64,000 nt of DNA from an uncultured virus (IMG/VR IMGVR_UViG_3300021256_000060) (taxonomy: Duplodnaviria; Heunggongvirae; Uroviricota; Caudoviricetes). Under the pieces are notes generated by a model. The model made no database searches and had not been told where the DNA came from. It saw only the letters and a program-made list of their open reading frames with translations. The stretch lies in IMG/VR virus record IMGVR_UViG_3300021256_000060; one strand, given 5' to 3'. Below, piece after piece: positions 28,570 through 39,627 of the stretch (the first letter of the stretch is position 1; every line of letters begins with the position of its first letter). Position numbers and translations under genes: made by a program.

Positions 28570-30294
28570 TTATCTATTTGCTGTTAATAACAGCCTCTTT
28601 CTATCTTCGTCACTAATCTTAAAGTCGTTAATGGCCATCTCAGGAACATTGCTATCTTCTAGAACCGGGTTAACCCGTTCTACAATCTGTTTCAGCTTAG
28701 ACCCTTTATTATATTCATTAACGCTGTTAGCTAATCTATCTCTCCATCCAGATGGTTCATGATAATTAGGGTCTACATATCCACCATGAGACAAGCTAAT
28801 GAATGGTACTAATACCGAGCTTGTACCTGGATTAGAAGGAGATGATGTGTTCAAGCAAGATACTCCCAAGCTAGTAGGATGTAAATAACGGTAGATTACA
28901 GGCATAGCTGCGTTACCATTATTCTCGCTTATAGCACTAGGACCATTCTTGCTATATCGTATAGCATTAAAACTATCACAATCAGTTACAGTATCATTGA
29001 AAACTACTATGGATTCTTTTCCCAATTCAGTTAAGAGGTAATCAAATGGGATTATGATTCTCTTCTTGATACTAATAGTATTTACCCGATCACCCATATC
29101 TCCAAGAGTACACATGGCTTTAAAGAGTTTAGGAGCAATCAAGAATGCAGCATATTCCCCAACCCTGAATCTCTTCTGATAAATATCCAGATTAGATTTC
29201 AGAATCAATGCATTATATTCATACATACACCATCTAAGTACTTGATATACATCTTGCATATCATTGTAATCCATTCTAGATATATCTTTAGTAATCAGAT
29301 CATATACCATCTCGAAAGAGCTTAGAACACTAATAGCCTTACTTCTAGGAGTTGCCAAACTATAATGTCTACCTAGGGCTTCCAACCAAGTATCATTACT
29401 ATTTATCCCCTCGTAAGTCATAAACTTACGAGTAGACTCATTAAGAATAGTATTTACTACGTGTTGTAATACATAGTTACTATTAAACAACTGTCTAGGA
29501 ACAGCAACGTAATAGTGGGTTGCATCACTTAATTTAGCAGGCTGGAAGATATAATGATCTTCTGGGAATGGAGGAAGTGTCGGATGAATCCAAATCTGTC
29601 CTCCTAATCCAAGGAACTGAAGACCTCTAGCCAAACCCATCTTTGCAAAGATATATTCACAAGCTGGAAGACTCTTGCTAAAAGTATCACAATCAAAGTG
29701 GACACACTCTACATCCTCATTGGTTATAGTATGTAGGGTATAGATGTTTCTATAGATCTTTATAGGCTGGAAGTTGGTCTTAAATACTACCATAGGATTC
29801 TTGGCATTGCTAGTTTGGTTGTTGTATGTAGATGCATCAACCATCTGAAACATCATTTGACGTTCATTACCATTGAGATTTACATACTGCCCATTAACAA
29901 CCCTAGGAACTGCTAATACAGTTTCTACAATCTCATGTGTATCATATGCCTCTAAGTACATCTCGATGATCAGTATCTTCACATCAGACTCTTTGAGATC
30001 TATGAAGTTGAATCTGTTCTCAGTATTACCTCTAAGTTTGACACTCTTCTTGATAGCAGCCTCTTGGTATTTAGAGAGAATAGCTCTTACTGAATCATAA
30101 TCCTCTATGACCGTAAAGTTACGGATATGAATAGTAAAGTAACTATCCAGTCCCATAGTTTTCTGAATAGAGAGATATAACAACTTGATATTCTCTATTA
30201 TCTCATTCTCATCCCTCTTAAACAGTTCAGGATTGATCTGCAATACATGTTTTGGGTTAGAATTAAACTTTTGGATAAATTGTCCTTGATTCAA
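28570..30294 (-). CDS. multisubunit RNA polymerase beta subunit, N-terminal half (non-virion RNAP)
   Basis: AVPR...LNGNER..FQ and RYLHPTSLGVSCLNTSSPSNPG (cf. RpoB [23 protein letters not shown]). Confidence 0.8.
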   Translation of the reverse strand: MNQGQFIQKFNSNPKHVLQINPELFKRDENEIIENIKLLYLSIQKTMGLDSYFTIHIRNFTVIEDYDSVRAILSKYQEAAIKKSVKLRGNTENRFNFIDLKESDVKILIIEMYLEAYDTHEIVETVLAVPRVVNGQYVNLNGNERQMMFQMVDASTYNNQTSNAKNPMVVFKTNFQPIKIYRNIYTLHTITNEDVECVHFDCDTFSKSLPACEYIFAKMGLARGLQFLGLGGQIWIHPTLPPFPEDHYIFQPAKLSDATHYYVAVPRQLFNSNYVLQHVVNTILNESTRKFMTYEGINSNDTWLEALGRHYSLATPRSKAISVLSSFEMVYDLITKDISRMDYNDMQDVYQVLRWCMYEYNALILKSNLDIYQKRFRVGEYAAFLIAPKLFKAMCTLGDMGDRVNTISIKKRIIIPFDYLLTELGKESIVVFNDTVTDCDSFNAIRYSKNGPSAISENNGNAAMPVIYRYLHPTSLGVSCLNTSSPSNPGTSSVLVPFISLSHGGYVDPNYHEPSGWRDRLANSVNEYNKGSKLKQIVERVNPVLEDSNVPEMAINDFKISDEDRKRLLLTANR

Positions 30295-30306
30295 TTTGCT
30301 TCCCCC

Positions 30307-30969
30307 TTAAATAATAGTAGCTCTCAGTTCTTCTCCTATGGGATTGGCACAACCAGGTTTATCTCTCATAATGAGTTCTACTTCTATATCACTAGCTTCT
30401 GCGATTGCTTTCATCTTACCAAAAGTAATGCTATCAGCAGTAGTGAGAATGCGCATATTGTTAGAATAGTCAGAACCATGACGATGGCGATAACTACTCA
30501 TATCAATATTCTTTTGGTTTAATGCTTTCTTCAACAAAGCGAACTCTGGAGTATCATCAGGTTTGATCATGAACTGAGTTACGTTATCTTTGCATATCAA
30601 TACAGTTCTTTCTGCTGCTTCTAATTGGGCAGTCTTTTGAATCATACCAACTACACCATTAGTATTCTTATTTAGATCAATGATATGGCTTGAAGAATGT
30701 GCCTGTTTATCTTCTGTAGTCTCAGGCTTGGTAAACTTCAATGCTCCACCATAATCTCTTACACCAATAAGAGTAGAGTTTCTTACACCAGCATTTATAA
30801 TAGGATATACATATCCGTTCTTTTCGATAGCAGTATCACTAGCCATGGCTTGCATGGCCTCTGGATTGATACCAGTACGTCTAATATATTCGTCTACAGT
30901 AACAACGTCATACATAGATCTTCCTATGGACATTTTACGCATGGATAATCTCCTTTCTAATATGAGCAA
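30307..30969 (-). CDS. hypothetical protein adjacent to RNAP gene
   Basis: ORF translationally linked to the RNAP subunit gene. Confidence 0.6.
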   Translation of the reverse strand: MLILERRLSMRKMSIGRSMYDVVTVDEYIRRTGINPEAMQAMASDTAIEKNGYVYPIINAGVRNSTLIGVRDYGGALKFTKPETTEDKQAHSSSHIIDLNKNTNGVVGMIQKTAQLEAAERTVLICKDNVTQFMIKPDDTPEFALLKKALNQKNIDMSSYRHRHGSDYSNNMRILTTADSITFGKMKAIAEASDIEVELIMRDKPGCANPIGEELRATII

Positions 30970-31240
30970 TAGTATCTTCTGCTTTTTTCATAGAATCTAA
31001 GATCACAATCTGACTATTATAAATAGCCTGTTGTATAATATCATCAGCAAGCGGACCGTCTTCAGGATCTACAATCAACACCTTGCAGAGTGCGGCTTTA
31101 TGTAGCATGCTTGTCTTGTGGACCTCCGGATCCTTCATATTGTTCGTATTAGAGATCTTCAATACTTGGTATCCATCTTTCATCAACCCAGACGCAATAT
31201 CAATATAATTTTCTTTATCACTTACTACCCCAACTACCAT
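30935..31240 (-). CDS. hypothetical protein
   Basis: start likely MVVGVV after GAGGG. Confidence 0.5.
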   Translation of the reverse strand: MVVGVVSDKENYIDIASGLMKDGYQVLKISNTNNMKDPEVHKTSMLHKAALCKVLIVDPEDGPLADDIIQQAIYNSQIVILDSMKKAEDTIAHIRKEIIHA

Positions 31241-31337
31241 ATTATAATTCCCTCTCTCACTAAAAATAAATATATTCATAGACCTCAATCCCGAGCCCTC
31301 TTTCTAGGACTCGGGACGAGTGTCTACTCTATACTGC

Positions 31338-32000
31338 TTATGCGGCTGCAGTTACGTTAGTATCACCAACAACACCGATTACATCATCTTGCTTGATGAT
31401 CTGCTTCAGGAGTGCACCCGGAGTTACACCGATATATACCTTGTCACCTGCCAGTTCGCTACGGAATGCAACGAGATCACCAATAGCCATTTCCGGATCA
31501 ATCGTAGCATTGAGACGCATATAATCAGCCAGGCAATCGAATACGATGCACAGAACCTGAGTGCTAGTACCTTCAGTAATCTGGTCTTTGGTTTCGCCCT
31601 GTTTGAAACGCCATACAAGCCCACCAACCTGATAGGAAACCTGATCAAAGATAGATTCGGCTTCCTTATTCTCAGCGAAGTTATATACTTCGTAAGTGTT
31701 CTTATCGATATCTGCCTCGTCAAACGTACAGGAGAGAGCCCAGCTACCTTCATCTGCACCTTCTTCAGATTGAGCCATGAACTGCACTACCATTGCAAAA
31801 TGGAACCCGCCATTATAATCACGGAGTTCCAGAGCCACCGGTTTATCCTTGCTCTTATGGATTGCCAAGAACTTAGCGGATGCCTGGAAGTAGAAGCGCA
31901 ATGCATCTACAGTCAGTTCGTCTGACCAACCGAACTGATAACCTTCAGTGATGCGTTTCAGAGTCTCATTGAGAAGTGTCGTGCTAGAAATGTCTTTCAT
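31338..32000 (-). CDS. hypothetical protein, probably abundant; C-terminus resembles the HU/IHF terminal strand-helix
   Basis: strong SD, GC-richer codons, own terminator; GVTPGALLKQIIK. Confidence 0.55.
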   Translation of the reverse strand: MKDISSTTLLNETLKRITEGYQFGWSDELTVDALRFYFQASAKFLAIHKSKDKPVALELRDYNGGFHFAMVVQFMAQSEEGADEGSWALSCTFDEADIDKNTYEVYNFAENKEAESIFDQVSYQVGGLVWRFKQGETKDQITEGTSTQVLCIVFDCLADYMRLNATIDPEMAIGDLVAFRSELAGDKVYIGVTPGALLKQIIKQDDVIGVVGDTNVTAAA

Positions 32001-32082
32001 AAAAAAATACCTCCTAATAAATAAAACATTTAAAAAATTTGATCACTCCACCCGACCAGGATGGAGATGATCATAACACACA

Positions 32083-32340
32083 ATAGTACTGGGACTGAGG
32101 ATCTTAGCGATAATCATAAATGTACATAAAAACGTAAATGACGTAGTCTGGTTAAGGGGAACCATTATTGTTACCATTTACTTCAGTATCTCCTCTATTG
32201 TTATCTTCAGAGCGAATGCTAATCCTCTTAGATCAATGAGTGAGAGATCGACAAATATACAAAATTCAATTTGGGAATACACCAATCATAGATTTATTTT
32301 GTTTTATTATTTATACATGAACCTCGCCAAGTCCTACTAT
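32083..32340 (-). ncRNA. candidate structured ncRNA or long 5' leader
   Basis: promoter at 32358-32366, terminal and nested long-range helices, hairpin at 32041-32072. Confidence 0.45.
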
Positions 32341-32357
32341 TACCCACTACCATCTCT

Positions 32358-32366
32358 ATAGTATAT
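32358..32366 (-). promoter_or_regulatory. putative early promoter ATATACTAT
   Basis: recurring motif. Confidence 0.55.
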
Positions 32367-32462
32367 GCTTGATATTTTTATTACCAAACATCCACTAACT
32401 TAAAATACTCTTAATATAGGCTTATCTACAACTAGTTGGATTTTAATCTTCTACCGTAGTGT

Positions 32463-34853
32463 CTAGTTATTTTTAGATTTTAATATAAGCTCTTGAGCCA
32501 TATCTCTAGTCAATACCATAGGAGTCAATCCAGCACATGACTGTAGATTTTCCCAGGTTACATGTAATGGAGCAGTATTATATGCTTTAGCATATGCTTG
32601 TCCTAAGAACTTGAATGCTTTGGCTACCTTAGTACTCATGTATCCTACATTGGGAACAATAAGAGCATAACAGTCTTTAGTGAATCCAGCTTTTACATCA
32701 GCGTCATAATCCCCTAACTGATTAAACTGATCCGCCAATACTTTATCATGGACACCACTAAATACTATCTTCTTTTTAGGTTGTTTACGTGGATCATACG
32801 GTTCAGTTCTAATCCATCTAAAATTGTTAAAGATAAATCTCAGTTCATCAATCAATAATGGACGTTCTTTTACTATAGTCTCAACTGTAGTTTCACCTAT
32901 ACCATCTATAGCTGCTAGATGACGGAATGTCTCATTCGGTTCATTTAGAACTCGTTCAATTGGGAACTGTTCTAGAATAGCTTTCCAAGTCTTTGCTGCT
33001 ATATTGGTAAATCCTATAGCTCCTATTAGCCTATAATCTGGTAATCCAGCATGTTTGAGATAATCCAATACCCCTATTAAGTTGATTGCATTACCTTTAC
33101 CTATTCTTCTAGCCATCTCATCCCTATCATACGAATATAGCTGAGACAACTTAGTGACCTCAAGAGTCTTAATAGTCTCATAAGAGAATCCTTTGGCATT
33201 TAGTTTCTTCAATGTATTAGATAATCTACCATATGCTCTTTCAGGACACCAGAAGTTAGTACAGAATACACTACTACCAGAATCGGATACATATAGAGGA
33301 CCTCCACAGCTAGGACAAGTGGTTGGGAACTGTTCCAGCTCTCCTAGTTGTTCTGGTTGTAGATGATCTGGAGCTCTTCTTATATAGACTATAACGTCAT
33401 TATTCAGAGTCAGAGTAACTTTATCTCCCTTATGAAGTCCTAGAGTCTTAAATCTCTCATAGGAATGAGCTGTAGTCTTATCGTGAATTGCTCCAAAGAA
33501 CTCTACTGGTAGGAAGTGAGCCATTGGTACTATAACCCCGTCTTGTCCTACACTATAGGTATAGTGAGTGAAGGTACTATATCTCATTAGAGGAGGGAAC
33601 TTAATAGCTATACTATATCTAGGAACAGCCCCTCTCTTACCAAGATACTGACGGATATTTGGATTCAGTATCTCTACTACGATGCCATCATACATGAACT
33701 CTTGATAGTCTCTCAATGCTTGTGCTTCTTCACTGAACTTGTGTACCAAATAGAGTGCAGTATTGAAATCAGCTTTGATTACGCTATAACGGAAGTCTAT
33801 TCCCTTAGTATAGTACTGATTCATAAACATGATTTCAGTAAGTCTATCTACATTAAGACTAGTCTCTAATGGTATTGGAGTAAGATAGTCTCTATACATT
33901 CTAGCATCTAGACTACTAGTCAACCCAATAACTGCATTACGAGCATTGACGTAATTCTTACCAAATCTCTCTTTCAGTAGTCTTAGATTCTCTTTAGTAA
34001 CTATATACTCATTCTTAATACCAATAGGATTACCTTTAGCTAATCCTCTCGCTCTAGCAAAAGTCATGCCTCCTAGTATCGGAGTCATATCCGATGCCTC
34101 ATTATTATCGGTATCCCCTCTAGTACAAGAAGATATGATAGTATCACCATCTACTGTATTCTCAATAGATACACCATCATATTTAAATGATACTACTAGC
34201 TCTATATTGTTAGGATCTAATATCCCCTCTTGACAATACTTTGCTAAAAAGTCTCTCTCAAATATGAGTACTGATGGATCTTGGAAAGCTGCATTATTGA
34301 TAGCATCAGCATTGGTAACATACTTACACTTATCTAGAGTACCACATAGATCCCATTGGTGAGCAGTAGTTCGTGCTTTTTTAGCCACTATTGTATCATC
34401 ATGATGATAGATGAAGTCTTCAGCCATTGGCATAGTCATATTGCTAGTCATTGGTTTGAAGAATACCATCTTGTCATAATCAGGGACTCTATCTACTATC
34501 TTTAGTAATCCCTCTTGAGTCCTACCATTATCTATAGGACTGCTAGCTTCAGTAGCTCCCTTGAAATCTATAGGAGGAGCACCAACTGGAGTAGGTATCC
34601 CTAGATTCTTACAGATTACTATTAATCTATCATAGATATCATCTGGGATGATCGGATTACCACCTATATTATTATAGACTATATTTGCTATCCTTATAAT
34701 AGCTTGAACAGTCAATTGGTTAGTAATTAGCAGATCCTGATCGCTGATAAGTTTAGTAGCAATCTCAGTTAACCTAACACTTTCAGAATCCTGGATAGTT
34801 GGATCACCACCCATTAATCTACTAAGAATAGTATTTAAATATATAAGGTCCAT
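32463..34853 (-). CDS. ligA: NAD-dependent DNA ligase
   Basis: KYDG adenylation motif, TRGD, ARNAVIG, DGIVV, AIKFP, CPSC...C..C zinc finger, HhH, BRCT-like tail. Confidence 0.92.
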   Translation of the reverse strand: MDLIYLNTILSRLMGGDPTIQDSESVRLTEIATKLISDQDLLITNQLTVQAIIRIANIVYNNIGGNPIIPDDIYDRLIVICKNLGIPTPVGAPPIDFKGATEASSPIDNGRTQEGLLKIVDRVPDYDKMVFFKPMTSNMTMPMAEDFIYHHDDTIVAKKARTTAHQWDLCGTLDKCKYVTNADAINNAAFQDPSVLIFERDFLAKYCQEGILDPNNIELVVSFKYDGVSIENTVDGDTIISSCTRGDTDNNEASDMTPILGGMTFARARGLAKGNPIGIKNEYIVTKENLRLLKERFGKNYVNARNAVIGLTSSLDARMYRDYLTPIPLETSLNVDRLTEIMFMNQYYTKGIDFRYSVIKADFNTALYLVHKFSEEAQALRDYQEFMYDGIVVEILNPNIRQYLGKRGAVPRYSIAIKFPPLMRYSTFTHYTYSVGQDGVIVPMAHFLPVEFFGAIHDKTTAHSYERFKTLGLHKGDKVTLTLNNDVIVYIRRAPDHLQPEQLGELEQFPTTCPSCGGPLYVSDSGSSVFCTNFWCPERAYGRLSNTLKKLNAKGFSYETIKTLEVTKLSQLYSYDRDEMARRIGKGNAINLIGVLDYLKHAGLPDYRLIGAIGFTNIAAKTWKAILEQFPIERVLNEPNETFRHLAAIDGIGETTVETIVKERPLLIDELRFIFNNFRWIRTEPYDPRKQPKKKIVFSGVHDKVLADQFNQLGDYDADVKAGFTKDCYALIVPNVGYMSTKVAKAFKFLGQAYAKAYNTAPLHVTWENLQSCAGLTPMVLTRDMAQELILKSKNN

Positions 34854-34868
34854 ATTCTCACCTCCACA

Positions 34869-35234
34869 CTAATATGTTTCTTTAATAAATTGCTCAATGG
34901 TCTTAACAGCTTCCCTATACGATTCTAGATCTAGTACACTTATTGGATCCATTAGACTGACAGCAATCACGTGCCTCAAAGTATCTGGACTTGGTATTAG
35001 TAGTGCTATTACCAATAGTATAGGTCCAGATAAGATAATTGGTATGAATAACTTATGTTTACTAAGATCTTCTATATCCTTCCTATTGCATTCTATTATA
35101 AAGAATAATGTAATAATCGATACTGCTGCCCCGATAAGACCTATACATACTTTCACATCCATCATCCTATTTATGATGAAATAGAATAATGGCGAATAAG
35201 TATGTATCAGATCTAGGTACTGTATTCCTTCCAT
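34869..35234 (-). CDS. two-TM membrane protein
   Basis: two hydrophobic segments, LLIPSPDT. Confidence 0.6.
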   Translation of the reverse strand: MEGIQYLDLIHTYSPLFYFIINRMMDVKVCIGLIGAAVSIITLFFIIECNRKDIEDLSKHKLFIPIILSGPILLVIALLIPSPDTLRHVIAVSLMDPISVLDLESYREAVKTIEQFIKETY

Positions 35235-35292
35235 ATACTCACCTCCAATCAAATAAAATAAATAGGGTAGGTCATTACACCTACCCTATTTC

Positions 35293-37728
35293 TTAGTGAC
35301 GCTCTATCTTTGCTACGTATTTGGGATCTACCCCAATGGATTTGAGTTTAGCAATATACTCTTCTCTAGCCTGATTATACTCTTTGATGCCAATGTCTCT
35401 GTGCACAATCTGCTTGAGCTTAGTACTATTACCTTCTCTCTCCAGTTCTATAGTATGTTGTTGAACTCTATATTTCTCGACAGCATCCAGCTGTTCTTGA
35501 GTAATAGGTCCACCTTTATATTGTAATTCTTCTGGAAGTTTAAATGCAATCTTCTTATGAACTACAGGGACTCTTTGAGCTACTACTCTCAAACAGGGCT
35601 GATATTTAAACTTCTTAACCTTATGGAAGTTAAGACGTTCTCCCAATACTTTCAAGAATGCCTGAACGATATCAGCTGACTGTGATACACAATCCTCATT
35701 TAGTCTTACATCAAATGCAAATGGATCTCCAGTTAACAGTTGTTCATTCAAACGTCTAGCCTCTGGAGAACTACTATTCAGATTGAATTCTTCTATAAAG
35801 ATTTCAGCCCCTACGTGAGAAGATATAGTAGAAGACTCCATCTCTCCATATACTCGTACTGGAGTACTAGCATATCTAGCATTGTGAGTCTTAGCCATTC
35901 TACTCTTGGAGTTCTCATTACGTATATTAGTAGATGCCAATGATACAGCGGAGAACTTCTCTTCTGCCAGCTGCTTAAGACGGAAGATATACTTATAACC
36001 AATTACTACTGGTCTTCTAGTATATACCATTCTAGCCTTACCACTAGAGTCAATCATAGGAACCGCTACATGACAATACTTCTCTAAGAAGGGGAATTCA
36101 TTATATATCATTCTCAGTTTATCAATGCCCATATTAGAACTGATAGGAGCCATTGATACCATAATATATCCGTCATGGAGTATCTCTTCGATAAAGAGAT
36201 CTCTATTGAATTGATTATCATCATCTACAGGATTGAGTCTAGCTCTATCATCCATAGGATCTGGCTTACCATAAGTAAACCTATACTGCATGGCCAACTC
36301 ATCTGCTTGTTCAGGATTTAGTAACCAGATATACTTATGAATCAGTTGGAAGGCTACGTCGTAATCCTTTACATTAGTCTTGATATATTCCAACAATTTC
36401 CAACCGATGGAAGTTATGCTGGTCTCAAATAACTGACCATCATTGAGTCGGTTGATACAAGTACACATTGAATACAATACATCCACGGGATGCCAACGAC
36501 CATCTTTGAGATAATGAGGCATCATACTATCTGGACGAACCTTAGAGATAACACCTTTGCCTCCATATCTATCAGTGATCTTATCTCCTCGTACTAGTGG
36601 TTTATTGTGTTGGATTATGATTTCCATAGAGATATTACTGAATACTTTGTCTTGGATATATTGAGTTCCTTGAGAAATCATAACCATATTATGGAAGAGC
36701 TTTTGGAGTTCATAAGAGACATTGATCTCTTTTCTAGTACCATCCTCATTATACAAGAATGGGCTAACTTTTTTAACAAACTCCTTAGCACATCTCATAG
36801 ATTCATCATAGTATTTCTTTACCTGTTGATAATACATATTATCTTGTAATTTGTCAGGATTATTGCAATACACGTTGATATCTATGACTTTACCATCATC
36901 ACAAAGGAATTTCTTATCATTCATCATGGGTTCTTTTAAACGGTCCCATGACTGAGAGAAGAGTGCTTCTTCATCTTTCATCTCTCTCCTTAATGCACAG
37001 ATAATGGAATTCTCTACTCTCTCACCAATATCTGGGAAGGTTTTGTATTCCTTATCTTTACCGTATCTATTGAGAAGAATGTCATTATCATTTATCTTGA
37101 TCTCTATTTTAGAAATCAATGGAGAAGAGAATCTCTTAGCAGCTGATTCTGAAATAACGATTGGGTCTTCCTTTACATCCTCACATGCAATATACATGGT
37201 AGTCATATTCAGACCTTCTGCTCTATTCAGATTCTCGTCATAAGAAATGGTCTGTTTAATAACAGTACCTTTTCTAACCACATCGTTCAACAGTAAGCTA
37301 TCTAAGTAATCATTATTAAACAGATAACCAAAGAACTCAGTAATGTGATGATACGGGGTACGTTCAATCACACTAATGAGATTGTGTTCTCTATTGTATA
37401 GTATCAACCAATAGTGATCATTGGGTTTGAATGAAAACTTACTGATCTTGGCCAATACCGTATAATCACAATCAGCAGTCAAGAAGTTAGAGCTAGCGTA
37501 GCCTAACTGGTTCTCATATCCAGTAGATATGATAGGAGCTTCAGGTTCTAGAATCTGGATAGCTTGTTCCATCTGAATACCCTGCATGATCTTTCTAGAT
37601 CCTGAATTTGTATTACAGAATGGCTGTTTTAAGCTACGTCCTAAAATACGCTCCAGTTTACCACCCAACCGTTGATTAACTTTCTCGATTTCGTTTATAA
37701 GATTTAAACTTCCGGTACTTCCTTTCAA
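35293..37728 (-). CDS. multisubunit RNA polymerase beta subunit, C-terminal half (non-virion RNAP)
   Basis: NSGSRKIM..QMEQA, GDKITDRYGGKGVIS, RLNDGQLFE, GYKYIFRLKQ, RVYGEME. Confidence 0.9.
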   Translation of the reverse strand: MKGSTGSLNLINEIEKVNQRLGGKLERILGRSLKQPFCNTNSGSRKIMQGIQMEQAIQILEPEAPIISTGYENQLGYASSNFLTADCDYTVLAKISKFSFKPNDHYWLILYNREHNLISVIERTPYHHITEFFGYLFNNDYLDSLLLNDVVRKGTVIKQTISYDENLNRAEGLNMTTMYIACEDVKEDPIVISESAAKRFSSPLISKIEIKINDNDILLNRYGKDKEYKTFPDIGERVENSIICALRREMKDEEALFSQSWDRLKEPMMNDKKFLCDDGKVIDINVYCNNPDKLQDNMYYQQVKKYYDESMRCAKEFVKKVSPFLYNEDGTRKEINVSYELQKLFHNMVMISQGTQYIQDKVFSNISMEIIIQHNKPLVRGDKITDRYGGKGVISKVRPDSMMPHYLKDGRWHPVDVLYSMCTCINRLNDGQLFETSITSIGWKLLEYIKTNVKDYDVAFQLIHKYIWLLNPEQADELAMQYRFTYGKPDPMDDRARLNPVDDDNQFNRDLFIEEILHDGYIMVSMAPISSNMGIDKLRMIYNEFPFLEKYCHVAVPMIDSSGKARMVYTRRPVVIGYKYIFRLKQLAEEKFSAVSLASTNIRNENSKSRMAKTHNARYASTPVRVYGEMESSTISSHVGAEIFIEEFNLNSSSPEARRLNEQLLTGDPFAFDVRLNEDCVSQSADIVQAFLKVLGERLNFHKVKKFKYQPCLRVVAQRVPVVHKKIAFKLPEELQYKGGPITQEQLDAVEKYRVQQHTIELEREGNSTKLKQIVHRDIGIKEYNQAREEYIAKLKSIGVDPKYVAKIERH

Positions 37729-38114
37729 AGATTTTCTCTCCCCTCTTTATAGATATAATTATATTCAGGAATTAATAGCTTAAGTACGTCTAAAATAGCT
37801 CCTTGTATAGTTTCAGTCACTTCGAAACCATGAAGGAAAACTTCTACTTCTTTGGAAATACCTTCCATACCTTTAATCAAACTTGCCATCTTTACCACAC
37901 TTGGATAGATATCATCACTAAGACTAATCTCTTTATCTACAACAAATACTGCATACGTATCAATCATAGGATAGAGATCGACACTACCAATGCATGGGGA
38001 TCCTTTGGTGATATTTTTAATATCTTCTCTCTCGATATCACTAATATTCAAATCCTGTTTATCAAACCATTCTTTTGAGCAAAAGCTCATTCTCAAAACC
38101 ATTTCTTCTTCCAT
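37725..38114 (-). CDS. hypothetical protein
   Basis: ORF with SD. Confidence 0.6.
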   Translation of the reverse strand: MEEEMVLRMSFCSKEWFDKQDLNISDIEREDIKNITKGSPCIGSVDLYPMIDTYAVFVVDKEISLSDDIYPSVVKMASLIKGMEGISKEVEVFLHGFEVTETIQGAILDVLKLLIPEYNYIYKEGRENL

Positions 38115-38204
38115 TTCTATTCCTCTCCTTAAATAGTATAGACTGGAGGGAGCAGTCCTTTTCTCCCTCCATATCTATAGTATGTGCTTCAGCATATTAT
38201 GGGG

Positions 38205-39590
38205 TTAATAGAACCCCTCTAAAATATCGTCGAAGTGCATATTTGCAGATTCGGTTCTATCTATCTCCATTGGAATCTGTCTCAGGATCGGTAACATATG
38301 TTGTTTAAAGGCATTTCTAAACTCGATATCATTATTTATCTTATCCTTGAATGTACCCATAGAGAACTTGAATACTCTTTCAGGATCGAAGGATACGCTT
38401 GCTCCACCACCATATAAGAGTTTAGCGCCTCTTAGGAACTCCAGCATAGAGAGCCAAGGATCAAACCCATTAATGAAGTCATAAACCATATTAATAGGTC
38501 TCTTAATACCAGAAGAGCGAGACTTAACTAAGGATACCTTAACAATACTACCCTCTACATGATATAGATCATCCATCTTCAGTTTAGATGCATTATCCAT
38601 ACGATAGATATTGTTGGCTAAGAGTGTAGCCTTCTTACCCTTAGGAATACGCTCACCTTGTTTCAACCAAGGAACATCCGGAGCCTTGGGGAACATAGTC
38701 ATCTGTACATCGCTACTGAAGTGATTAATACCGAATACAATGATATTAGCAGCCTTCAATAACTGCAAGATAGCTTGCATCATCTGACTCATTACTGCTG
38801 CTGTATGAGCACCATATGACTTACCTTGCAATTGATCTTCATCTACCATCTCTTCAGGCATCAATGCTGCAATGGAGTCAATGAGATATAAGGTAGGAAA
38901 CATCTTTATGATGGGTTTACCATCCAGATCTTTCCTCCCTGAATCATAGATATAATCCTGAGGACGTTCCTTTGTCTTGATATCACTAAGAGTCTTAATA
39001 CGCTGATAGATATTCTCTATAGTAATACCAGAATTACGAATGATATATCTATCATCAAAATCATTCTTGCTGAACTTACTGAGATATCTACGACGTACTT
39101 CAGTCATACCCGATTCTATATCATCTACCATGATAGATGCTTTCGGATATGGACGAGCGATATTAGCAATGATCTGATTTGCAAGAGTAGATTTACCGAC
39201 ACTAGTATTTGCTACCAAGCATACATATGATCCATCGGTAATACCAAGATTATAGTAGTCTTCCAATTCACCAGTCTTAGTATTGAGCTGTTGAGCAATA
39301 TATCCGTTCAAGTAATCAAGAGTAGGAAATCCAGTAGGATATAAGATATCGGGTACTGCTTCATTACTCATAGCTAATCCCATCTTGGCTACCTTAGACC
39401 TAAATACCTCGGTTAATAAGCTAGATGGGCTACCACCTACAATATCATTTGCGGAGTCAATAGCCTTTTTGGCAAAGAAAGGCATTTTTCTGTTGTACTC
39501 CTCCACCAATGAAATTGGTGTCCATTCTTGGAATACAGGAAATTGTGGGTGGTTGGGTTCTCTGTAATTCAATATAATCTCTCCTCTCAA
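38205..39590 (-). CDS. uvsX: RecA/UvsX-like recombinase (start uncertain)
   Basis: PTGFPTLDYL, Walker A ANTSVGKST, DDIESG, LIDSIAAL, GINH, LVKSR. Confidence 0.85.
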   Translation of the reverse strand: MRGEIILNYREPNHPQFPVFQEWTPISLVEEYNRKMPFFAKKAIDSANDIVGGSPSSLLTEVFRSKVAKMGLAMSNEAVPDILYPTGFPTLDYLNGYIAQQLNTKTGELEDYYNLGITDGSYVCLVANTSVGKSTLANQIIANIARPYPKASIMVDDIESGMTEVRRRYLSKFSKNDFDDRYIIRNSGITIENIYQRIKTLSDIKTKERPQDYIYDSGRKDLDGKPIIKMFPTLYLIDSIAALMPEEMVDEDQLQGKSYGAHTAAVMSQMMQAILQLLKAANIIVFGINHFSSDVQMTMFPKAPDVPWLKQGERIPKGKKATLLANNIYRMDNASKLKMDDLYHVEGSIVKVSLVKSRSSGIKRPINMVYDFINGFDPWLSMLEFLRGAKLLYGGGASVSFDPERVFKFSMGTFKDKINNDIEFRNAFKQHMLPILRQIPMEIDRTESANMHFDDILEGFY

Positions 39591-39627
39591 AATATGATGT
39601 ATATGAGTGTCAACGTGGTTCTAATTT

